A model generated the notes under the pieces. The model saw only the letters and a list, made by a program, of their open reading frames with translations. It did not search any database and was not told the origin of the DNA. Below, one piece after another: positions 53,548 through 64,000 of a DNA stretch of 64,000 bases (the first letter of the stretch is position 1; each line of letters begins with the position of its first letter). Source of the stretch: Tubiluchus corallicola (taxonomy: Eukaryota > Animalia > Priapulida); assembly GCA_030141605.1 (NCBI GenBank), contig JAQGDQ010000016.1, positions 374,282 to 438,281 on the forward strand. The letters are read 5' to 3'. The position numbers and the translations under genes are program-made.

Positions 53548-53812
53548 ATTTTAAAGAACAAGAAGAAGCAATCACTTCGCAATTCGCAATCTTTGGTTCC
53601 ATAGAGCGATTCTGAAGAAGCGACTTTGGAAGGTGTTAGCGACCTTGAAATTTTTAAAAATTTTTGAACGTACTGTGTTGGCTTTTGCTATCAGGTTAGC
53701 GGGGCGGGAAAGTATTCGTTAGCAAAAAGGGATTGCAAAAGTTCTAATAATTGGAAAACTTGGCTTATTAGGTTATGATGCACGCGCAAGTATATACTGT
53801 ATAGTTGAACAG
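51711..53812 (+). repeat. Local tandem duplication: copy A 51711-52413, copy B 52818-53812; each has a (CAG/CAA)n tract, a (CA)n tract and a unique block of about 270 bp
   Basis: Shared strings include ttttaaagaacaag.agaa, gaagcgac.ttgg.agg..ttagcgaccttga, tttgaacgtactgtgttggct, tgctatcaggttagcggggcg and tatatactg.atagttgaacag. Confidence 0.9.
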
Positions 53813-56169
53813 GTAATGTCGATTGTGTGTCAGCGTCCAAAGTATTCTGCCTAATATGCAAAAAACCACTGATCTCGCTGAGATAATTTCAAACTAACAT
53901 AATTGGGAAAACGTAAATACACGATTCTTCTGGGTATATTTATAAAAAACGGCCTTTTCAAAAAAGTCGTGTTTAGAAAATCAGGCCAACCATTATTGAC
54001 ACATTTCTCATTTTGTTTTTTCACACCAGCGATGCTTGGTATGACTTGAACTCGTGTCTACATCACACAAACAGTTGTATGATACAGTTGTGTATAAACT
54101 TATTGCTAGTAAGCCTGAAGATCAGTCGTGACCCTGTGACTGTCCAATAAATCACATTAGTTTCACTTTAATCCCATATCTTATGAATAATGAAACCATT
54201 ATAAGCATTTACGTAGTAATAAAGCTGTACTACGTCAATCAGTTACGCAATTATACGTAAATTTGGGTGTCTATGTTACTCTATCGCAATTTAGAACATA
54301 TGACTGATAGCATAAGTATTTCTGTAATTCACCCATAATGAAATTCAGCTATGCCCTAAATGGCCCTAAATGGTGGCCAATCCTGTAACACGATGAACAC
54401 CATCCTTTGCCGTTGCCGTTCAGTTAGGGACAGAAGTCACGGGCAGAATATAAACAAGCATTTTACAATCTAAATTAGCTATAACACTGTACTCAGTTCG
54501 GAAAGAGACTGGTTAGAAAAAGAGAGAAATATGTTTGGCATATCTCAAACGGGAACTCATTATTAACCTTCTCTTTTACAATTTAAACCAACTTCCTCCT
54601 GCTCTTTTTTAGACGGTTTTGTCTTTTGTGTGTAGTCACATATTCTGTATAATCCTACATTTATTGATCCAAAATATATAAATAGATGGATAAACAAATA
54701 AATAAATAAATAAAAGTATCACGAGATAAACTTCAGTAGCTTCTCTTCCTCTTTCTTTGTCTTAGTGCTTCATTTTGATACGACTGTTCTAGTTCGAGAC
54801 TTTACCTTATCTACTATGAGCAAGTTCTTTTTATTACTTTTTATTACTTAAGATTTTGTTTTTTATTTTTGCAATTTTTATTACTAAAGTTTAATTAAAC
54901 TCACATGACATCAACACCACACACAAACAACAAAAACAGACAAACAACTGCAAATCATACAATCTGCTACGACACACACATATAAAATTACCACCAAAGG
55001 AAAAGGTGAGACACCGGGAAAGATTCAGATGCCGGCCCTATCTTCAAACTCCTTCGGCGGGGACCCAGTCGCACTGACTGCCCAACCTTAGATGTTAAAG
55101 TGATAACTATAGACATAACATATAATACAAAGCACACACAGAACATCAACGTAAACGTAAGGAAGTTGCTTACGTTAACAGGTTGCTTATTAAAATAGTT
55201 TTTAATTGCGTGGTTCCTACAATGCTGAAGCAATATTGTTTGTTCTACTTCTGGCTCATTGGGGAAATTGATTTATTAAATTGTATAACATTTTATAAAT
55301 ATGATTCTTACTTCGCTACAAGTTTAATTTAATGATTACGATGGCAAATTATATTGGCAAGACTTTCGTTATTTCAAAACTTGTATAGCTGAACATTTGT
55401 ATGAATTACCATTACATACTTATTGATGAACAATGATATATCTGTGGCAGTTTTAGTGTTTATCTGTTCAGTTAGACTGAGATTATCCAGTTAAGTATAC
55501 GTCTAAATTTTAGTTGCGCAGAATATTATTTTCAAATGTCGGACACCATTAATTAACATTTGCTGCGACCAATTCTCGCCATTGTATCTATTTTATTTAT
55601 TTACTTTATTTTTACAGGAAACCTTTTAAGTTAAAAAGGAGTTTGTTTGCAAACAGGTCCTATCCTACATCCTATAATTAAGACAGTCAAATACGCAGAG
55701 CCCTCAGCAGAAGAGCATAATTATCCAGATGAGATCGACATACTTTGAGACTAGTTACAGCAAAGATGTATTTTCTACATCGACACTTAAAATTTCTGTG
55801 AAAAAGCTGCTGCCATCATATAAAGCATCCGGTTAATCGAGGTTAGAATTCAATACAGACGGAACTGGAGGGTTAATTTATAATGGAAGAAACGTTAACG
55901 TGTCTGACTAACAATGTGCGTGGGTTTAAAACTTTAAATAAATATCTAAATTCAGATGTAGACGTAGTCGAACGATATGAAAAACCAAAGGCTAGGGTCA
56001 TATGGTGCGGCTTTAAGTTAAACAACGTACCCCTGGTACATGAAGATTAGTTTAAAATAATTTACTAATTGTTGTTATCTGAAACCCTTGCTAATGATCT
56101 TTCATCTGGCTGTCAACGCCATTTATAGTTTATACTTATTACACGCGGATCTTTAAAAAAGTAATCGCC

Positions 56170-56183
56170 AGTGGCGACAGATG

Positions 56184-56258
<75 letters not shown>

Positions 56259-56545
56259 GGAACTAATAATTCTATAGTCGTGGCACGCACAGACCAACTG
56301 CAGAGGTAAGCATATTTTTATTATGTGATGTAATTCTTTGTTTTCTCAGATCTTTAAAAAGTTGTAAACATTCAAATCAGCACCGATTGTACCAAGAACT
56401 AATAGGCTCAGAGCGTGAACGACGTCATGCCTCTGTGCGAGGCACCAACTTGTTACATTACTGCGGGACCGAGAAAAAGTTGAGACTGACTGACGGACAG
56501 ACAAACGGAAGTGATAATTCTTCGTCGAGGCAACTAACATAATGG
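56170..56545. repeat. (GACA)n microsatellite with a conserved flank, present twice; Helentron/HINE (DINE-1)-like terminus
   Basis: (GACA)n-CGGAACTAATAATTCTATAGTCGTGGCA at about 56175-56285 and GACGGACAGACAAACGGAAGTGATAATTCTTCGTCGAGGCA at about 56495-56532. Confidence 0.5.
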
Positions 56546-59500
56546 TACAAACATACAAGAAGTCGAGAGCAATAAATCTGATTAAATAACTAAATTTAAC
56601 ACATAAATGATAAATAATAAAATACAATTTCAATGCATTTACAAATACAATAATAATTTGTGTTTGTAATTGCATTTGTAAATACAATAATAATTGTATT
56701 TGTAATTGTAATTTGTATTAGTTAACCTAATAATAAAATTCATTAATAAGGACTGATGTGTAGACGTAACAGTTTAATTTAAAGGATTTAACAGTATTTC
56801 GAGTGCGCAATTTTATTTTCGGTTGCATAAATTCTTTATAAGTGCATTAAGTGCGCAAAGCTTTAACATCAGTATCATTATATAGTACTATTCTGAAATC
56901 TAGACGGATAATGATAATTATTATTTTCGCTCACATCTGGGAAAGCTAAGAGCATAGGACTGCTTTTCATTTGAGTCTAACGAGTTCGCTGTCATACGAA
57001 AATGGAACTCTCATCATTACAGGGGCTACAGCAGCTGTAAAGACAGTGACAACGTTGAGAATAGACATAATATTTTTGAAAAAAATGAATTGTAATAGAT
57101 TTTAAAACAGATTATAATGACGATAGCTGATGATTATTGAGAATGTTGTTGCTATTCTCTCTGTTCGAATTATAGGTGTCAAAATTTTGTAGCGGGGCGA
57201 TGCAATTACATTTATAAATCTTACAACAATCATTTAATTAATTTGTTTTAATAACATGTACATTGCCTTTTTTGTGTCTGTGAAAATATCAGTCAATATC
57301 TGTAATAATTCGCGGAAAGCTCTTATAAGGAACAGTTTGATGCGCACTGATTTGGCTTCAAATGTGGAACAAAACTCTTATTACAATGCTGGAAGTCACA
57401 TTGCAATCACCAAGAGTATGATTAACTGTAATAAGAGAGGCGTGCCGAAGAGGAGGCAAATTATTGCAGGAAGTTAAAAGGGGTGCTCGCTGTACAGTGT
57501 ACCTCTGTCTAATCATCAACCCACATAAGCCGCAAACACCTATACAATCAAGTGTAACATTCTTTTCCTACAAGCGTTATTTAAAAATGTTGGCGAATTT
57601 TCTGAAGTTTTTATGCCTTCATTTTTTGTTCTTCCTTCACCAACCGCCGCTATTCTGCAATAATTCTGTCTCTTTGTCGCTATGCAACAAAGGTTGCTGC
57701 ATAATTATCTCAGCCTCTTGTTCAATTTCCTTACTAATTTGGCAAACTGTAAAAGTATCATTTGGCGCTATGTTCCCTGTCGTGATGTTCCCTATCGGCA
57801 AAACAATCAAGAAATCAGAATAAATTTAATTATTTTTTGCGCGTTCTGCGTGCTAACCTGCTAGGTCTAGTTGATGACCGTCTATAAGATATGGAGAAAA
57901 ACAAACCACAGCGAGATTGTGTGCCTAATTAAGCAATAGAGCACATCTTAAGGCAATTATTTAAACCCTAGGAATCAATTTTCCCGATTTAGGGCATTCC
58001 TTTCCTGTTTCCGGCCTTAATTTGTGCTCGTATTGAAGAAGGGCAGAGAGAATCGTATCATTTCGCCGACATCATTGATTAAGCTGTAATCAAAATTATT
58101 TGGACCAAGTCAGCAAGCAGAAATCACAAAAAGGCCGAGTAAAACAGTTAAATTGCACATAAGCAGAAAAATAAAAAATCTCATATATATATAAAATAAA
58201 AGTGAAGAGATTAATTACTGGTGAGGAATGAAGATATGTTGTTAACCTAGTTTTAGTTTTTCGTTAACGTTTTCGTTAACTTTGTTCTATTCATCTCAGG
58301 CAAACCTCATTCAAACGACAATTTTGCTGAGCTGCAGATCGAATAATTGGGTTTGGCTTTTTAGGGAGAACCTTTGGGCAGGTTAGTAATTTGAACTTTT
58401 GATTGATTATAAATTAAGGACGGACTGGACTTCCTGTTTCTGGTCAACTCAAAAGCTCTGTACTTTTACATTTTTGTTGGATTTATAATTGCGAGTTAAA
58501 TAACTAAAATAGTTTATTTTTCAAGAGCTTATTTTTTGAATTGCTACGAATAGCTACAGACGTTATGAAACAACATAACACCCGAGATTACCTCTCCCAA
58601 AAGAGGTAATAATAATAACGATGAGGGCGGTGGCTGTATTGACTGTGGAAAAAATGACATCAACGCCTAATTTCTGCTATAGTAAAGGCTGTGCTTGCTT
58701 GAAACCTTCACGTTGGTGGGCAACGCAATGCAGATCAAGTCGCATTTTAACTACTTTAACAATAATTATAACATTTTCCATTGTAATTTTTGCTGTATAT
58801 TCTGATCTTATTAAAGCAGATGCACCAGGACGATCAATTTAAAAGGCTTCTGTACGTAATTGGCGTGCTTCTCACGCAGTTTCATTTTTCAAAAACTCTA
58901 GTTAAGCACAATCAACTGCATCAGACCTACCCGTTTAATTAATTATTTTCAGTTTCAAACAGAATAACGTCTGAGCAATGGAAGCAAATGGTGAATGTGA
59001 CATGGGTCATTTTGGTCGAAAATCACGGAAGGCAAGATAACGTCACATCCGTTTTCAAATGCTTTTTCAAGTACGGAAAAAAGTTAAAAGTTTGAAATTT
59101 TTATACATTACTGTACTTTGCAAGCTAGGACCCAGCGCCCAATGACAGAGGTTCCTTGTGGTCGCTGTAGCCAGTTGCAGCGCGAAAAGAAACCACTTTA
59201 TTACGGAAGATAATCTTCTAGGATTTGTTGTTGCTGTAGGCACTGAACCAACAGAGGCAAGAGATGGAGGCAATACAGCAGTACAACAGACGTCCATGAG
59301 CAGTTTTCTGGTCAGATCCGGCGTTTCTTATTTTTGGTCGCTAGGTATGCACTGTAATAACTCTTTTGATCGCTCAAGGACAGGGGTGCTGATAATCTGA
59401 TATGATATGATGTGATAATTTGCATAATGCACAATTAGCGTATTTTACATTGTAACATTAATCTTTTTCCTGCGTTTCATTTATCTCTGTGAATGAAAAG

Positions 59501-61179
59501 TGTGTGAGCGTGTCAAAATATTGTTAAATCCTTTCAGAGAATTTTTGAAAATTTCTCTCGCCTGTTTTGATAATTTATAACGGCAATTAATTGACTGAAC
59601 ATCTTTGCATAAAATTCAAATTTTAGAAAAACAGCGAAGCAATTAATAAACGTCCGATATGGCGATCATTTCTGAAGCAGTCGTCTAACGATTTCGAAGT
59701 ACGCGAAATACGTATTATCTCGAAACATGTAATCACCTTGAGCAGTGGGTAAGCAGAATTGCATTAAGCAAAAGTTTCAACAATCTTTTAAAATTTGTAT
59801 TATTATGTTCAAAAATTGCAACAAGCCGCATATATAGTAGTGATGCCAGATAAAAGTCAAAAAAGTTTTCCTTTAACAAATTAATGTTTCTAGATTCATA
59901 TTTCATTTAAATCTACTATATATGCATAGAATGAACCTGTTTTTCCAACATTTCATTCACCATCTTGTTATCTCTGAAAACACAGTAAAGCAAATTTGAT
60001 CTCAGCTTTTCATTAATTCACAAGGTTACGCAGTGGAACTAGTTTCAGGAAATTTGTCAGGCAGGTTAGTGATAAGCGTGAAAGAAAATGATCACGGATT
60101 TCACATGTAGAAAGAAGCCATATACTTGAAGGGAACAAGAAGTCAGTGCACTTAGAAAAATAAGTTTGTAACGTAATAAAACCTGAGCAAATGCACAACT
60201 TTGACATTCTTATTGAGGGTGGCGAAACTATGGTTACTATAACTGTCAGTACTGAAGTTATTAATATTATAAAGTATTATAATATAATATAATAATTTTG
60301 TTTAGGGAGCATTTTTTAAGTTTTTGCCCTTTAAGTTTAAGGTTTAAGGCCTTTCACGCTACTGGGTTACTTTTAAGAGAAAACTAGACTTATACGTAGA
60401 AGCTCACAGATTAGACATTCGATCGTTATTTTAATTTTTACATTTAATTACAATGTAAAATTATATAAATATCTTTTTCGATCAGCTGGCTCTTTTGTCT
60501 TTTTGTTTGTTTTTGATTTCGATTCTGTTGTTCATTCTGTGCAGATTTTTGTTTGTCGTAGAGCCAATCAGTTAACGGTGCTAGAATTATAATGCGCGAT
60601 CACCACTAGTTTTAGCACAATGATCCGTTTTATCCTCCAATTACTAATAACTGAAATATCCGTGTGACACTAAAGAAAATATCGATGACATAGAACAGGT
60701 GTGCGGCGTTATGTTTCTAGTAAAAAGTTCACTCACGTCAATTTGTTTTGTTCAGTAATTGTAAAGTGTATAGAAGCCACGGAAAACAACTGAATCTCTA
60801 CTGATGAATTCTCAGATGTGAAATACAATGTCCTTGAACCTAGATTCTAGGTTAGTTCCCCATTTTTCTGAGCACTCGAAGAACAATCCTTGGAGAATTA
60901 TTAATACTTCTATTATTAATGATCGAACGTATGACCAACCATTCACCGTAGGAATGGTTTACGTTGTCTAATTTATACTTTGTCCGTTTGGCCTGCACAC
61001 TAAAGCTTTTGAGCCTTAACCATTTGCTTTGATATTTACCACATTATTATTTTGACCAATAACACACTATCGTGAATGAGGATTAATGAATAAGTAAGTA
61101 AGTTTATTTCCACTTTCAGAAATAGACACCTATACAATATAACATATATTTTACGTTGTGTAATTACATTATGTAATTT

Positions 61180-62110
61180 ATGGACAATTAACTAAGAGCA
61201 CCAAAGTTTTAGTCTATAAAACTCTGATCCTTCCACACTATCTTTATGGATGCCATCTTTTGCAAAGAGTAAAAAGAGAGAATTTTATAAAACTGAATGC
61301 CTTGCAAAACTGTGCACTCAAATTCGTGTCTGCTTTTCTCACAAATCATCAATGACTAACATGCACTCGACTACCGAATTAAGAAAGCCACTAAAAATTC
61401 CCATCTTAGAATCTCACTTGACCTAAATCAAGTCAGAACTAACAATATGTATGGCCATAATGCATTTACCAAACAACCTTATATCTATGAAATGCTCTCC
61501 TTTTGGAAATCAAACAAGCTGATTCGTTAACATTGTTTGAAAAATTAGCAAAGAAATAAAGTAACGACAGATTCGAATACGCATTGTACCAAAATGATAA
61601 CATTCATTCAGGTCCATTTTTTATTTTTTTCACGCCCCCAATAGTATTCTACACCTGAATTACAGATTTAATAAAATAATATAACTCTGTTCAATCATCT
61701 GTGTATAATGCCAATCTAAAGTTTCTTTTTATTATTATTTTGATACTAAATTTTATACATTAAATTTTATTGCATCATAGGCAATATTATTCTGTATTTC
61801 GGTTGTACTTTCTGTAAAATTAAATTAGTAAAAATTGTTTAAATTATTGTGTTTAACTATGTATAGTATTTTCGATTATTTTATATGATCTAATATTGCA
61901 TAAAAGTTTTGCTGGTGAGTCCTTCTGTGTATCTTTTTGATATGGCATGTACTTATAATTTTAATATTTTAACTTGCACTTTGTGGAATTATTATAATTT
62001 GCATCAGACGCATGTTCCATTAAGCAGTGTTGGTTTTTTAATCCTTAAACAGTGAATGATGAATTGCAATGATTTTATTGTTTTCATCTGTTTTATCTGG
62101 CAAATAAAGA
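61180..62110 (+). mobile_element. L2/Crack-type LINE 3' fragment
   Basis: KVLVYKTLILPHYLYGCHL and FIKLNALQNCALK resemble the L2 motif Y.SLI.PH..Y...W...L..LQN.A.R. A T-rich 3' UTR ends in AATAAA at 62103-62108. Confidence 0.65.
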
Positions 62111-64000
62111 TTTAATATATTTTAATATTATGTTAAAAATTATTAAATTGTTAAAAACGGAAAAAGGACTTCGAAGCCAATACAGACTTATATATCCGAT
62201 GTTTATTTGTTTATTAATTATCACAATTGAAAAGCAATAAGTGCTAGTAAAAGTTGACATACTGAGTAAAAGTGTACAAAATATAAATAATTATTCAAAA
62301 AGTTGTTTGCATCATAAAAAATACGATTGTACTATACAAATACATCTACACACGCATGTGTAAAATCAGGAACATTACACCGAAATTAAATGTAGCCCCA
62401 TTCGTTTTTTTAAAACACATAGAGAATTTGCTATGATTGGTTACTTGATTGGGAAGACTGTTTCACAATACAACACACTGATACTTAATAGAATGTTTAT
62501 GACATTAGTTTTGAATTTAGGAATGTGGAATTTATTATGTTATCTGGTTGTAATAGTATGTACGTCATTATTAAAAAGAGATTAGAATACATCAGGTAAC
62601 GCATTGTTAATGTACCTATATATATAAAACAAATATATGTTGGCTATTATTATATTAATGTAGTTACTGTCTATGATAGGCAAGCATCTCAGTATTGTGT
62701 AACTGGTTTACATTTTTTGCTGCATCACATCACAAGTCAGTAATGAGCAAACAACAGTCTTAAACCAAAAATGCTTGCCATTTTCTGACAAATATGGCAT
62801 TAGGTGGTCTGTGCACATGTTCTAGATGTCACATAATGCTCAAACCTGGGTCATTCTCTGGCTGTAGTTTTGTCTCTATTCAGCAGCAGCTAACTGGTTG
62901 TTGTAAATAGCATTCTGGGGTTAATATTTTAGTGTGACCCATGAAGAACTGATACTATCTGGATGGGTGGTAGTGTAGTGGCAGCCATCTAGGATGCTAG
63001 TGAAGCAGCCGGAACACAACCATCTTTGAACTTTAAAGTAACAGGGGGCACAGGACACTACTTGAATACAGATTAACTAGTTTGGTAATGTACTATTTTG
63101 AGATAAGCCAGTTTCTTTTAATGTGAAATTTGTACTTTGAATTAACAGATTAAAGTGGCGATTTAAAGTGGTTATAATCTCGCGTTGCTGTTTGAGTTGC
63201 TGTTCTTATTTGGTTATGTTGCGCGATAACTTGCTGTGCTAATATTTATCACAGTATTATTTTAATGAGTAGCATACAATGGTAATTTAACACATCAATT
63301 TGATAAAAGTATAACATATTTTAAAAATGAGATGTAGAAGCTCTAGAATCAAGATTCAGACTGCGAGTTTAAATTTAAAAATGTCTGTTTTTCTTTTTTC
63401 TAATAACCTCTTTTTGGATTTTGGTTGGCATATGATTTTTTTTAAATAATCAGCAAAATTTCGCCTTTGAAAAGCAGTTTCATATTTGTTGCTTGAGTTT
63501 TTTCTAACTGGGCGTCTGCTTTAATTTTATTGCAACTTTTTCTGGAAGAAATTGAAATAATCATGCAGCCCTAATTAGAATATCATAAACACTGCTTTGT
63601 AGTAGCTTGTCAATGTCAGTCAAGGCGATGCGCAAAGAATTGCCGCATTTTGTCACGTATGAGAAAGATTGACGACATTAGCATGACAATCACACTTCTT
63701 AGAGAAGATCTTGCGTGGCTTCACATCCACGTTATATTTTGTTTCTTTGGCAAAATCGCGCGGCTCTCTTATCTAATTATTCCAATCCCAAAAGAATGTT
63801 GCGAGGATGCTATTGTATTGGCACAAATACCTAAATTAACGCTTTAGGTACCTAACAACACATAACAGAAAGCAAGCCAGTTAGGACTTTTAAGAGGACT
63901 GGTGAATCTCGGACAAAAATTTCATTGTAAGCGTGTGGAAATTATTATTGCGAAAAATATGATATTTCAAATTTCTCTTCATTGTATTATGATAGCACAT

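Noticed and set aside
59067-59400. GC-richer segment with ORFs on both strands, considered as a neuropeptide precursor or exon
   Set aside because: No Met-initiated signal peptide, no repeated dibasic or amidation sites, and no recognisable domain.
60800-60830. CTGATGA...GAAA hammerhead candidate (also CTGATGAG at about 43511)
   Set aside because: No credible stem II or properly placed GAAA and cleavage triplet.

Overview
This is AT-rich, repeat-rich genomic DNA from a non-vertebrate animal (spliceosomal introns, microsatellites, decayed LINEs and MITEs; no prokaryotic, CRISPR or phage features). Three protein-coding genes are supported. (1) The terminal exon (9491-10208, +) of a rhodopsin-family neuropeptide-type GPCR, whose TM1-3 exons I could not find in the window. 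(2) A two-exon Golgi carbohydrate sulfotransferase of the CHST8-14 / Sulfotransfer_2 family (complement join 17652-17472, 15589-14646; 374 aa), which the ORF track splits into two pieces. (3) An intronless-CDS GPCR of the vasopressin/GnRH/CCAP/achatin receptor supergroup (32924-34138, +) with several non-canonical microswitches. Both GPCRs end in the same class I PDZ ligand (-SEV). The remainder is mostly transposon debris: CR1/L2-, RTE-X- and I/R1-like LINE fragments, a PIF/Harbinger 2-kb element with a related MITE, a tRNA-headed SINE, a probable solo LTR, Helentron-like repeats, a local tandem duplication and stepwise-evolving compound microsatellites. I found no evidence of a new multi-gene system; the best leads are the receptor features and several informative transposon arrangements. 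All family assignments come from motif recognition by eye, not database searches.
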